64,000 bases of DNA from an uncultured Gammaproteobacteria bacterium (GCA_964522405.1 CAZFTR010000003.1:35711-99710); one strand, 5' to 3'. Counted from the first letter of the stretch, positions 19,912-30,280 are shown. Notes: generated from the letters alone by a model not told the origin. Numbers and translations are program-made.

Positions 19912-21450
19912 ATGGTAAATAAAGATTTAGAAAAATTGGGCTTTACAAAGAATGAAGTAAAAATTTATCTTTCTCTTTTTGATCTTGGAAAAGTTCGGGC
20001 TGGAGAGATAATAGATTATACTAAATTGCATAGAAATATAGTTTATACAGTTTTAGATGAGTTAGTTAGAAGAGAGCTGGCAAGTAAGACGCTAAGTAAG
20101 GGAATAGCAGAGTTTGTGGCAAATAATCCAGATAGATTAATAGAAGAAGTGGATACAAAGAAGAGTATTGCTGAAAAATTGGCAGAAAGTTTAAAAATTA
20201 AGCAGGAAGAAAAACCTAGAGAGGTTGCAGTTTATGAAGGGGTTGAAGGAATAAAGCACGTTCGAGATAAAACCTTAAATTTAAAAAAAGAAAATACAGT
20301 ACATGTCATGGGAGCTTCAAAACTCAGCACAATGCCGGAGTTAGAAAAATATTGGAAAGCATATCACAAGAAAAGAGATCTACGCGGACAAGAAGCAAAG
20401 TTTTTATTTTTTCGTGGAGCTGCCAATTCATCTGATTGGCGTAAAAATTTACCAAATACAGAAGTTAGGGATCTGCCATTCAATGCAGAGATGCCGATTT
20501 GGTTTGAATTTTATGATGATCAATTAGGAATAGGATTACCATCAGAAAATCCACTGCTTTTTATAATAAAAAGTAAAGAAGCAGTAGAAGGATTTAAACC
20601 CTTTTTTGAATATTTTTGGAATCAGGATGTTTATGTAGATAGTGGAGAGGGAGCGCTTGATAGAGCTTTTTATTCCATGCTTAATGAACTTGAAGAGGGA
20701 GAAGAGTATTATGTACTCGGTGCTACACATGGAGAGCAAGCAGAAAGTACTTTGAGTTTTTTTGACCAGTATCATAAGAAGAGAATTGAAAAAGGAGTTA
20801 TAACAAATATGCTTGTTACACAGGATTCTTTTGAGATAATTAAGCATAGATATTCTTCTATGGGAGATCCGGATTTTGAGATAAGTCATGTGAAAAGAAT
20901 GCTGACCACAACGCCACAACCCTTTCAAATAAATATGTATAAAAATAAAGTACAAATGGTTTTGTATGGAGATGAGAATAGAGTCATGTATATGGATGAT
21001 CAAGATGTTTATGCTGGATTTAAAAGCTATTTTGACATGCTTTGGGGCCAAAAAATGGCAACCTACTCAGATGATCAGGGCGCAAGTATTGCCTTTGAGG
21101 ATATTTTGAAAACATTAAGTTCTGGAGATGAATTGCTGGTCATGGGAATTTCAGAGTTTGATCCAGATTTTTTTAAGTTTATTGAGAGCTTTCATGGGAT
21201 TAGGTCAAAAAAAGGAATAAGTGCAAGAATTTTGCTGAATGATAATGCCAAGAAAATGGGAAATGCCTTGGGAAAATTAGAGAAAACAAAAGTTAAATAT
21301 ATGAAGGAGGGTGTGGTAACTCCAGCAGTTTTTCTGATATATGGTGAAAAGATCTTGTTCAGTATTCCAAATCAGAGAACATTTTTTAGTTTAGATAACA
21401 AAGCGGCAGCAGAATCATTTAGAACGTATTTCAATTCACTTTGGGGATAG
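19912..21450 (+). CDS. TrmB-family HTH regulator with three tandem effector-type domains
   Basis: LEKLGFTKNEVKIYLSL HTH; three repeats ending F.yFw/FdmLW/FnsLW. Confidence 0.85.
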   Translation: MVNKDLEKLGFTKNEVKIYLSLFDLGKVRAGEIIDYTKLHRNIVYTVLDELVRRELASKTLSKGIAEFVANNPDRLIEEVDTKKSIAEKLAESLKIKQEEKPREVAVYEGVEGIKHVRDKTLNLKKENTVHVMGASKLSTMPELEKYWKAYHKKRDLRGQEAKFLFFRGAANSSDWRKNLPNTEVRDLPFNAEMPIWFEFYDDQLGIGLPSENPLLFIIKSKEAVEGFKPFFEYFWNQDVYVDSGEGALDRAFYSMLNELEEGEEYYVLGATHGEQAESTLSFFDQYHKKRIEKGVITNMLVTQDSFEIIKHRYSSMGDPDFEISHVKRMLTTTPQPFQINMYKNKVQMVLYGDENRVMYMDDQDVYAGFKSYFDMLWGQKMATYSDDQGASIAFEDILKTLSSGDELLVMGISEFDPDFFKFIESFHGIRSKKGISARILLNDNAKKMGNALGKLEKTKVKYMKEGVVTPAVFLIYGEKILFSIPNQRTFFSLDNKAAAESFRTYFNSLWG

Positions 21451-21513
21451 ATTGTGGACTCAGAAAGTACTTGATTTATGTTATAATAAAAATTCTAAAA
21501 ATAACCAAATTTC

Positions 21514-22473
21514 ATGATAATTTTTATCTACGGACCAGATACATTTCGTTCTAGAATTTATCTCAAGAAAATGATAGATAAATTTAAAGCTGATCGAGAT
21601 CCAGCAGGATACAATATTACTGAATTAGACTGTTTGAATTCAGAAGAGGTACAAAAGGTCATGTCAGAGATATTGGCAATTCCATTTTTGGCAGAAAAAA
21701 GAATGGTAATAGTCAAGAATTTGATCAGTTCAAAAGAAGTAGAACTAAAAAAAGAATTAAGAAGAAGAATAGAAGAAAAAGATTTGCCTGAAACAAGTAT
21801 AATTGTGGTAAGTGAGGAATCAGAGAAATTTCGAGCAAAGGCAGACAAAGAATTTCTAGAATTATTAAAAAAAGAAAAATACAAAGAGTATTTTAAGGTT
21901 TTAGAAGGAAAAGAGTTGTCAGTTTGGGTAAATCAAGAGGTGAAAATGCGAGGTGGTTCAATTGATAGAAAAGCCCTCAGTTATATAGTGGATAATTTCA
22001 ACTCAGACATGTGGTCGCTGAGCCATCTTGTTGATCAGCTAACAGCTTATAAGTCAGATGGAAAAGTAGAATTGGAAGATGTAAAAAAATTTTTAGAAGA
22101 AAAAATCGATGATAATATATTTAACTTGGTTGATGCTATTGTTGCCGGAAAAAAAGACCAGGCATTCAAGATGATGCGAGAGCAGTACAGAAAAGGAGAA
22201 GACAGTTTCTACGTATTTGCCATGATATTGCGTCAGTTTAAGATTATGCTACAAATTCGAGATCTAATCGATAGAGGCATTAAACCGGATGCGAAAGAGC
22301 TTGGACTTCATCCATTTGTAGTGAAGAAAACAATCCCATTAGTAAATAGATATTCAATGGCTCAGCTCAAGGAAATTTACAATCAGCTTTTGCAAATAGA
22401 TATTAAAACAAAGACCGGTCAAGGAGACCAGTCAGTTATGCTTGACCTTTTTGTTGGGTCTATTCATATATAG
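21514..22473 (+). CDS. holA: DNA polymerase III delta subunit
   Basis: MIIFIYGPD, PFLAEKRMVIV, NIFNLVDAI, LHPFVVKK, DIKTKTG. Confidence 0.93.
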   Translation: MIIFIYGPDTFRSRIYLKKMIDKFKADRDPAGYNITELDCLNSEEVQKVMSEILAIPFLAEKRMVIVKNLISSKEVELKKELRRRIEEKDLPETSIIVVSEESEKFRAKADKEFLELLKKEKYKEYFKVLEGKELSVWVNQEVKMRGGSIDRKALSYIVDNFNSDMWSLSHLVDQLTAYKSDGKVELEDVKKFLEEKIDDNIFNLVDAIVAGKKDQAFKMMREQYRKGEDSFYVFAMILRQFKIMLQIRDLIDRGIKPDAKELGLHPFVVKKTIPLVNRYSMAQLKEIYNQLLQIDIKTKTGQGDQSVMLDLFVGSIHI

Positions 22474-23566
22474 GTTCAATGCCTTGAGCTTTCATTTCGT
22501 TCAGAACTTTTTGTCTCATTTCAGGTAGTGCTTCCTCAAGAACTCTGTTTGCGATCTCAGCCGGACAATTTTTGGGTAATACCAATCTTAGAGGTCTTTC
22601 CATACCTTTTCTGGCAGCAGCTTGATTTAGTTGTTCTGTATCAATTTTTCCTTCAATTTCTTCTATTTTGTCAAAATTTATTATTCTTTCAGATGCAGTC
22701 ATTCCACCATTTAGGGGTGACATTTTTTTGGAAGATGCTTGTGCTTGGTCAGCATCATTAAATAGATCAACCGCACCAAGACCTTGGTCTTTTTTGGTAA
22801 CGGTTCTATAACCTATACTCATCTCAACAGGCAATCCGTCAGGTCTTTCAACATTCTCTTGAATATATTTAACCGCTCTAGTTAAAATCTGTTGTATAAG
22901 AGCATCAATTTTTTCAGAATCCATGTCTGCCGGCATATCCATATCAAGAAGAAGTCCAAATTCATCTCCACTGAAGTGAACTCTAACGTCATCAGGTCTG
23001 ACACATAAGTCAATTGCTTGTCCAAAATCTCTCAATAGTTTATTTCCTGCCTCGTGCCCATAAACATCATTGATAGTTTTAAGTCCGTTTACATCAATAC
23101 TTACCGGAACAAGAATTTTTTGTGGGCCCCTAACATTATCTTCTATATTTTCTAGACTGCTCGATAATCTATCATTAAATTGTTGACCGGTTGCTAGCTG
23201 GGGATTTAAACGATCTTTTCCCTGCTCTGCTTTTATTTCAGCAACCCTTATTCTACCCTTTAATTCACCGATGACTCTATTTGCGGCATGAATAATGCGC
23301 TGATCAAGCTCTTCACCGTCAACTGCTCTTTTGAGCCTTTCGGCAGGAGTGTCAGCAATTCTTCTTATTTCCCTTGATTGCCACTGCTCAAGTGTATGTC
23401 TTGCCTGCTCATCAAGAGAGGATTCTTTTATTACTCTTTCAACAATTTTTCTATATTTTCCATCACTAGCTATATCTTCCATTGATTCAATTAAATCATC
23501 ACTTACTTGGTCCTTTGCTACGACTTGGGCAGCAAGTCTAGAAGCCTCACTTCCTTCTCCAGGCAT
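22460..23566 (-). CDS. GGDEF-domain protein
   Basis: IDVNGLKTINDVYGHEAGN, RPDD I-site, variant SGDEF active site. Confidence 0.85.
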   Translation of the reverse strand: MPGEGSEASRLAAQVVAKDQVSDDLIESMEDIASDGKYRKIVERVIKESSLDEQARHTLEQWQSREIRRIADTPAERLKRAVDGEELDQRIIHAANRVIGELKGRIRVAEIKAEQGKDRLNPQLATGQQFNDRLSSSLENIEDNVRGPQKILVPVSIDVNGLKTINDVYGHEAGNKLLRDFGQAIDLCVRPDDVRVHFSGDEFGLLLDMDMPADMDSEKIDALIQQILTRAVKYIQENVERPDGLPVEMSIGYRTVTKKDQGLGAVDLFNDADQAQASSKKMSPLNGGMTASERIINFDKIEEIEGKIDTEQLNQAAARKGMERPLRLVLPKNCPAEIANRVLEEALPEMRQKVLNEMKAQGIEPIYE

Positions 23567-23623
23567 ATATTTATGATTTAATAATAAAACTCGGTTTTAC
23601 CCGAGTTTATTGTATCATATTCT

Positions 23624-23881
23624 TTATTTTGCGCCAGTATTTACTTTTTTCATAAGTCTAGATAACTTGCGTGCAGCGGCGTTTTTCTTGATAACACCCT
23701 TTTTTGCAGCTTTATCCAGCTTTTTTTGAGCAAATTTTACTTTATCTTTTATATCAGCAGATCCAATTGATTTTTTAGCATCTTTTATAGCTGATTTAAA
23801 GGCTTTTTTTACTTTTAGGTTAGCTACAGCCTTTTTTTGTGATTGGCGCAATGCTTTTTTAGCATTTCTTAAATTTGGCAT
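23624..23881 (-). CDS. rpsT: 30S ribosomal protein bS20
   Basis: MPNLRNAKKALRQS...LDKAAKKGVIKKNAAARKLSRL. Confidence 0.97.
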   Translation of the reverse strand: MPNLRNAKKALRQSQKKAVANLKVKKAFKSAIKDAKKSIGSADIKDKVKFAQKKLDKAAKKGVIKKNAAARKLSRLMKKVNTGAK

Positions 23882-23969
23882 AAATTGCTTAAGTTTCTAA
23901 CTAAATGTCCGAAGACGTGAGAGTGAGATGAGTATAGCAGGAGTGGTGGGATTTGTCAAGATTAAGAGG

Positions 23970-24782
23970 TTATTTCCGCTTCTTATACCAATAAACAAAA
24001 AATGCACCAGTATAAAGGTATTGAGAAATAAATTGGATGCATTCAGGTTTAGAATACCAGCCGGTCAGAACATAGAGGGGTAAACCAAGTGCCCCTTTTT
24101 TATGATAGAGAATAGTCCCGGATAGATCATAGGCTTTTGTAAAAATAGAACTTGAGGGAGCAATCATATTTAGATTTTTCATAGCAGATAAACCTTCATG
24201 AATGCTGTATCCCAGCAAGAAACCGGCTTGAAGGATCAGATAAGCAAGAGTAATATTGAAAATAGTTTTGAGTTTAATTTTTACAATAGAAAAATGAATC
24301 AAGGTAACAAGGCCAACAGCAAGAACTATACCAATAAAGATCGGAAGAAGAGAATATTTACCGGCAAAAGAGAAAATAGCAATTTCAGTTCCTTCTCTCA
24401 TTACCATAAACATAGCTAGAAGAAAAATACCTTTTTTAGATAAGTTCAGGGTAGCTTTGTTGGTAATGTGATGTTTGATTTTGCTACCGTTTTTGACCAT
24501 CCAAACAATAAAAGTAGTAATCAGAACAACAGCAATCAAGCTGGCTGCACTTTCCCAAAGTTTGGCAGTAGCATCAATCTCTCCAATAAAAGAAGAGAGC
24601 GTCATGAGAATGGCACCAAAAACCAGAGAAGCCAGAATTCCAGCACCAGTCCCCTGCCAAACATTTTTCTTTAGGTTTGAGTTGTCAGATTTATCTAGAA
24701 ATTCAAGAAGAATAACAATAATAAGAAAAGCTTCCAGACCTTCTCGAAAAGCAATAATCATCGCTTGGATAAATGTTTCCAT
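23970..24782 (-). CDS. FTR1-family iron permease
   Basis: Two REGxE motifs (REGLE, REGTE). Confidence 0.92.
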   Translation of the reverse strand: METFIQAMIIAFREGLEAFLIIVILLEFLDKSDNSNLKKNVWQGTGAGILASLVFGAILMTLSSFIGEIDATAKLWESAASLIAVVLITTFIVWMVKNGSKIKHHITNKATLNLSKKGIFLLAMFMVMREGTEIAIFSFAGKYSLLPIFIGIVLAVGLVTLIHFSIVKIKLKTIFNITLAYLILQAGFLLGYSIHEGLSAMKNLNMIAPSSSIFTKAYDLSGTILYHKKGALGLPLYVLTGWYSKPECIQFISQYLYTGAFFVYWYKKRK

Positions 24783-24809
24783 GAGGTTTAAATTATTTAA
24801 ATAACAAAT

Positions 24810-25385
24810 TTATTTTTTAACTTCGCTATACCTAAAGCAAGAAACTTCATGATCATTGACCATGCCAACAGCTTGCATAAAGGCATAGATAATAGTGGAA
24901 CCAACAAAATTCATATCTCGCTTTTTTAGATCTTTAGATATTTTATCAGAAAGATCAGTTTTTGCCGGTATCTCTGACATGGATTTAAATTTATTTTGAA
25001 TAGGTTTGTAGTTTACAAAATTCCATATATATTTGTCAAAACTGCCGAACTCTTTTTGAATTTCTAGAAAGGCTTTGGCGTTTTGAATTGCTGATTTTAC
25101 TTTGAGACGATTACGAATAATCCCTTCATTTTGAAGTAGTTGATCTATTTTTTTCTGATTGTACTTTGCAATTTTATTTGGGTCAAAATCATCAAAAGCT
25201 TTTCTATAGTTTTCTCTTTTTTTCAAAACAGTGTCCCAAGAAAGTCCTGCCTGGGCACCTTCAAGAATGATCATTTCAAAAAGTTTTTTGTCATCATGAA
25301 CCGGAAGACCCCAATCTTCATCATGGTATTTTGTGTTTAGTTTATTTTTAAGAGTGGACCAGGCACATTTGGGTTTGGTTTTCAT
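24810..25385 (-). CDS. tag: DNA-3-methyladenine glycosylase I
   Basis: YHDEDWG, LEGAQAGLSW, IIRNRLK, GMVNDH. Confidence 0.96.
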   Translation of the reverse strand: MKTKPKCAWSTLKNKLNTKYHDEDWGLPVHDDKKLFEMIILEGAQAGLSWDTVLKKRENYRKAFDDFDPNKIAKYNQKKIDQLLQNEGIIRNRLKVKSAIQNAKAFLEIQKEFGSFDKYIWNFVNYKPIQNKFKSMSEIPAKTDLSDKISKDLKKRDMNFVGSTIIYAFMQAVGMVNDHEVSCFRYSEVKK

Positions 25386-25387
25386 AT

Positions 25388-26155
25388 TTATTTTTTAAAA
25401 GTTCCTACAATCAAATCATGAAATTTTCCATTTGTTGCGAGTATGGTTGAACTGTCTTTTGTTATTGGTTTGCCTTCAATATCAGTCACTTTTCCTCCGG
25501 CTTCTTCAACAATAATAGTAAGTGCAGCAATATCCCAAATTTTTATGCTAGCTTCAACCATGATTTCCACTTTGCCTTGGGCTAACATATGATAGCAAAT
25601 ACAATCACCAACACCTCTATGGCCCCAGGCCTTTTCAGATAGATTTACCAAGGAATCTACAAGTCCGAGTTTTCTGAAGTATTTTATACCACCAAAATAT
25701 AGATAAGATTCAGATAGATCCTGTATATCTGAGACATTAATTTTTTGATCATTCAGAAAAGCGCCCTTACCTTTTTCTGCATACAACATTTCTTTCAGTG
25801 CAGGAGCATTTGAAACACCTACGATGATTTCTCCATGGTGCATCAGCGCAATTTGAGTGCCAAAAAGAGGAATTTGCCGAGCATAGTTTTTTGTTCCATC
25901 AATAGGATCAATAACCCATTGATATTCAGAAGTTAAGCTGTCTTCTCCAGATTCTTCGCCAAGAAAAGAATGATTAGGAAAAGATTTTTTAATAGTTTCA
26001 ATAATGGCTTTTTCAGATTCAGTGTCAGCAATAGTGACAGGAGAAAGATCAGATTTTCTTTCCCATTTTAAATTGTTTGAATAATGCTCCAGAATAATTT
26101 TTTCAGCATTTTTTGCTGCTTCTATGGCAACTTGGAGAAATTGGCTTTTTTTCAT
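25388..26155 (-). CDS. Inositol monophosphatase / HisN-family phosphatase
   Basis: GEE, WVIDPIDGT, WDIAA motifs; start at MKKSQF. Confidence 0.9.
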   Translation of the reverse strand: MKKSQFLQVAIEAAKNAEKIILEHYSNNLKWERKSDLSPVTIADTESEKAIIETIKKSFPNHSFLGEESGEDSLTSEYQWVIDPIDGTKNYARQIPLFGTQIALMHHGEIIVGVSNAPALKEMLYAEKGKGAFLNDQKINVSDIQDLSESYLYFGGIKYFRKLGLVDSLVNLSEKAWGHRGVGDCICYHMLAQGKVEIMVEASIKIWDIAALTIIVEEAGGKVTDIEGKPITKDSSTILATNGKFHDLIVGTFKK

Positions 26156-26162
26156 ATGTTTA

Positions 26163-26504
26163 TTATTCTTGGATGCAGCCTTTGTCACTAACATAAGGAG
26201 AAACTGGCGTTGGGCATTCACATTTTGAAAAATGTACACATTTTTTGCTTGGGCCTGAATAAGTAGGATTTGCTAGAAAGTTTAAAATACGACAATTTGG
26301 ATTTTCTTCACATTTATCAATGGGTGTAATTTTTGAGCATTCTTTATCAGTACCTTTTGATATCCATTTCCCACCTGTTGATTCACATATGTTTGCTTGT
26401 TCCTCCTCAAATGGGTCATATTTTTCATTATTAATGATTTTTCCACTGCTACAACCTACGCCTACTAAGAGAAGCGTGATCGTTAGTAAAAGTATTTTTT
26501 TCAT
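26163..26504 (-). CDS. Cys-rich lipoprotein
   Basis: Lipobox VGVGC; CESTGGKW and several Cys. Confidence 0.7.
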   Translation of the reverse strand: MKKILLLTITLLLVGVGCSSGKIINNEKYDPFEEEQANICESTGGKWISKGTDKECSKITPIDKCEENPNCRILNFLANPTYSGPSKKCVHFSKCECPTPVSPYVSDKGCIQE

Positions 26505-26573
26505 AGAATTGCTAATTATTTGAATTAATTATTCTGATAATCTCCTTTTTTTATTTTAAAAAGAATTTTTGAT

Positions 26574-27089
26574 TTAAGGATGCTCGTAATGCGTTTCTAC
26601 TACGCCAATTTTATAAGATTTAGTTTTTGTAAGTCTTAATGGTAATGCTTTATTTGCTTCTTCAAATAATTTTATGCCATCACCCAATAAAACCGGCATG
26701 GTGAATAAAATAAACTCATCAATCAAATTAGACTTTATGAATTGATTTGCCAGATTTGCGCCACCAACAAGCCAAATATTACCTTCTAATTTATCAACAA
26801 TTTTTTTGATATTTCCAGAAACAAAAGTAACATTTTCGTCTTTGCCAGTTTTTTTGTTTGAGAAAACATATCCTTTCTGTTTTTTGTAAGGATAATCACA
26901 ATCAAAACCTAGTATTTGTTGATAAGTTGTGTCACCCATAATTACAATATCTATCGGTTTAATAAAATCATTATAACCCATATCTTCTCCAGAATTATTA
27001 AACTGATCAAGCCACTTTACAGAACCATCTTTGGTGGCAATAAATCCATCAAGACTCATTGCAATGTATAGAATTATTTTTTTTGCCAT
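26574..27089 (-). CDS. Dihydrofolate reductase / RibD C-terminal family protein
   Basis: SLDGFIA, IWLVGGA, LIDEF, PVLLGDG. Confidence 0.9.
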   Translation of the reverse strand: MAKKIILYIAMSLDGFIATKDGSVKWLDQFNNSGEDMGYNDFIKPIDIVIMGDTTYQQILGFDCDYPYKKQKGYVFSNKKTGKDENVTFVSGNIKKIVDKLEGNIWLVGGANLANQFIKSNLIDEFILFTMPVLLGDGIKLFEEANKALPLRLTKTKSYKIGVVETHYEHP

Positions 27090-27123
27090 ATTATAAATAA
27101 AAAACTCAATCACTATTAAATTT

Positions 27124-27387
27124 TTATTTTAGTGCACCTTCCTTTATAAGAAGCTTGCGTTTGTTTTCTATTCCTCTATTATACCCGCCTAGTCCACCAT
27201 CTGATCTAATGACTCTATGGCAAGGTATCTGTGGGTTATAATTTTTCGCCATCAGGTTGCCAACCACCCTAGAAGCTTTTGGATTTCCAGCTTGCCTAGC
27301 CACTTCTTTATAGGTCATGATTTCCCCTTTTGGAATTTTAGACACCACCTTAAGAACTTTTTCTTTAAAATTTGTTTGTTGATTCAT
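27124..27387 (-). CDS. O6-methylguanine-DNA methyltransferase family protein
   Basis: IPKGE.MTY, IPCHRVIRSDG.LGGY. Confidence 0.92.
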   Translation of the reverse strand: MNQQTNFKEKVLKVVSKIPKGEIMTYKEVARQAGNPKASRVVGNLMAKNYNPQIPCHRVIRSDGGLGGYNRGIENKRKLLIKEGALK

Positions 27388-27529
27388 AATATTAAGAGAA
27401 AACTATCCAGATTTATTATCGTGCTAAAAAAATTAAGTTGTTTTTAAAACTTCTGTAACTTCATACACGGTGTTAAGCAGCATACGAACATATAAGTTTA
27501 ACTTATTACAATTCACATCGTCACATCAA

Positions 27530-28648
27530 CTACTCCCCCAACCCAACCTTCTCAATCACAACCGGCTCAATCACCCTCTCCCCCTCAGTAATCCTCACAA
27601 CATCTTTATCAATCTTGGCAAGTTCTTTATACGCAGTATTATAGTGATTTACTGTTGTACTCATACTGTTCCCAAGTTTTTTCATATAGTTTTCGTAGGC
27701 TGCTACATGCTTGCCCAACATCTCTACATTTTTTCGAATACTTTTTGCACCTTCTTCAATCTTGAAGGCGCGTAGTCCTTGCAGCACTGTTTGCAAGTAC
27801 GCTGCGAATGTTGTTGGTGAAACTATTACTACTTTTTTTTCTTTGAATGCATACTCAATCAAACTTCGTGTGTTTACTTTCACTGCACCAACTTCGTTTA
27901 CAAGTAAATCATAATAAATTGCCTCACTGGGAATAAACATGAAGGCAAATTCAAGTGTTCCTGAATTTGGTTTTATATATTTACTTGTTTCATCAATTCG
28001 TTTTTTTAAATCTGATTTAAATTCTCTTTCTAATTTTTCTCGTTTCTCTTCATTTGTTTCGTCACTGAGTTTCTGATAATTTTCCAATGAAAATTTTGCA
28101 TCAACTGGTATCAATCCATCTTTTGTAAATATTGCAGCGTCAACCACATCTCCATCTTCAAACTGATGTTGAATTTTGAATGCTGTTGGAGGTAACATGT
28201 TTTCTAGAACAAGTTGCAATCCTGCTTCTCCCAAGTTCCCTCTTTGTTTCTGACTTTTAAGAACTTTTTCTAGGTTTTGTAATTGTTCTGAAAATCCGAT
28301 CACTTGCTGATTTGTTTTATCAAGACTGGTTAGTTTTTCTGTAATTTCTGCTATCATTTTTGAACTCTGTCCTGTAATTCCCTGAATAATCTTGGTACTT
28401 TGTCCAAATTGATCCTGAATTGTCTTATTTAGGTTCTGCTGTGTCTCATTCATGGCCTTATGAGTCTCTGACATCTTTGTATCCATAGTTTTGTTCAGGT
28501 CTTGAATTTGCTGTTGGAGCATTATAAATAGGTTTTGATCTCCTGAGCCACCTTCTTGCATTGATTTTAGTTTTTTGAAAAGTAGAAAAATTCCCACAAC
28601 TGCGCCAAGAAGTAGGATTAGTAATATATATGTTATGAATGATTGCAT
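27530..28648 (-). CDS. rmuC: DNA recombination protein RmuC
   Basis: RGNLGE, VDAKF, MFIPSEAIY, VSPTT. Confidence 0.93.
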   Translation of the reverse strand: MQSFITYILLILLLGAVVGIFLLFKKLKSMQEGGSGDQNLFIMLQQQIQDLNKTMDTKMSETHKAMNETQQNLNKTIQDQFGQSTKIIQGITGQSSKMIAEITEKLTSLDKTNQQVIGFSEQLQNLEKVLKSQKQRGNLGEAGLQLVLENMLPPTAFKIQHQFEDGDVVDAAIFTKDGLIPVDAKFSLENYQKLSDETNEEKREKLEREFKSDLKKRIDETSKYIKPNSGTLEFAFMFIPSEAIYYDLLVNEVGAVKVNTRSLIEYAFKEKKVVIVSPTTFAAYLQTVLQGLRAFKIEEGAKSIRKNVEMLGKHVAAYENYMKKLGNSMSTTVNHYNTAYKELAKIDKDVVRITEGERVIEPVVIEKVGLGE

Positions 28649-28843
28649 AGTAGTCTTGATTTTTTAATTAAAATGATATAAACTGGGTTCATCATTAGTT
28701 AGGATTATAGCATGTACAGGAGTTAATGCAAATCGTTGTGGATAGTATCTTAATATTGTACGACACTCTCAACTATGCTTAAATTAGCCATAAATTAGAA
28801 AAATTGCTAATTTACCTTCCCATTCTTTTCAAGACAATATCAT

Positions 28844-28915
28844 GACCCCATAGTTTAATGGATAGAACAAGAACCTCCTAAGTTCTGGGTCCACGTTCGA
28901 TTCGTGGTGGGGTCA
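28844..28915 (+). tRNA. tRNA-Arg (CCT)
   Basis: GACCCCA...TGGGGTC-A, anticodon arm AGAAC-CTCCTAA-GTTCT, TTCGATT T-loop. Confidence 0.92.
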
Positions 28916-28970
28916 CATTTGGAAATTCTATATTTATAGGATTTCTTTTTTTAGATCAATTTTGCTTTTC

Positions 28971-29212
28971 AAATAAAAACACTCGATGATATCATCGAGC
29001 ACATTGTTGATGAAGGGCGGCGGGTCTCAGAGAGTCCCGCCGATGAGCTCCCATGTGTCGGCTCCGGTTCAGCTCGACAAGAGCTCATCACTCAAAGGTG
29101 AGGCAGGCCAGCATACAGGAAAAATCTGGTTTCCGGTAGCGATAAACATTCTAACCGCAGTATCGCGAAAGTACGGCGGTTCGAGTGCATTAGGCACCGC
29201 ATCACAGAGCTA
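28971..29212 (-). ncRNA. Putative structured ncRNA B (paralog of A)
   Basis: Promoter TTGACA(29245)-17-TAAATT; GC-rich hairpins; terminator GCTCGATG-ATAT-CATCGAGT plus GTTTTTATTT; no credible ORF. Confidence 0.7.
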
Positions 29213-29476
29213 GTTCAATTTACACGCTTTACTCTATTTTGTCAAATTTATATTTAATGATTTTTTAATAAAAATTTAATGATTATCGTGAAACATCAGT
29301 TTAGAATTTTTTAATTAAATCTTAATCTTTTTCCTAGTTTTATAGAGTAGTCTGTACAAAATTATTAAATGTGGGCTGTTTTGACTTTCCTAAACTGTGC
29401 ATAACTCTCCAAAGAGTTTAATGTGGAACTCAAACTGATTGATTTTTCAAGCATTTTTCTCTATACTACTTCTACT

Positions 29477-30280
29477 ATGAGTCAACTTATCAAACAACTT
29501 CAAGAATTTGATCTTTCTGATAGTGAAGCGCGTCTTTATCTGGCTTGCCTTGAACTTGGTCCTGAATCTGTGCAGAATATTGCCAAACTCTCTAAACTAA
29601 ACCGAGTTACTGCCTACGGAGTTATTGATTCTCTTATTAAGAAGGGATTTCTTCATGAAGTTATGGAGAAAAATAAGAGAAAGATTGCTGCTTATTCTCC
29701 TTCTTAACTCTATGACGTGGTCAGCAGAAGAGAAGAAAAGCTCAAAAAGCAGATTAAAAAGCTTGATTTACTAGTTCCAAACCTCAAAGCTGTAACTGGT
29801 GGCAAGAAGACCGGCACTAATATTATCTATTACGAAGGTGAGGAAGGTTTGAAGAACTGGGCATCTGATGCTCTTGAGACAAAAGATGAATTGCTGGAGT
29901 GGGTTAGAATTGAGACTTTTGGTAAACCTTTTAAAAAATATCTAGAAACTTACTATTTTCCTGAAAAATTTAAAAAACAAATTCCAACTAGATTTATTCT
30001 TATTGATACTCCTGAAGGAAAAGAGTATGTGCAAAAAAGATATATAAACAACCCAGATGCTTCTCCTATAAAAGCCAGATTTATTTCAAGGGAAGATTTT
30101 GATGTGCCTGCTTTTACCATTGTCTATAATGATAGATTTAGTATTGCTTTGCCAAAAGAACTAAGAGCTGTAACTGTGGTTGATAATTTAATAGCTGATA
30201 GTCAGAGAAAAATGTTTGAATTTGCCTGGAGACATGCGACTGGTGAGATGCAGAATAAGCCCTACCCACTAGATAATTAA
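29477..30280 (+). pseudogene. TrmB-family regulator interrupted by one in-frame TAA (29705-29707)
   Basis: Both ORF pieces are in the same frame: ...AYSPS*LYDVVSRRE...; HTH half plus YYEGEEG effector half. Confidence 0.8.

Noticed and set aside
29705-29707. Stop-codon reassignment
   Set aside because: TAA, TAG and TGA all terminate conserved genes normally in this window
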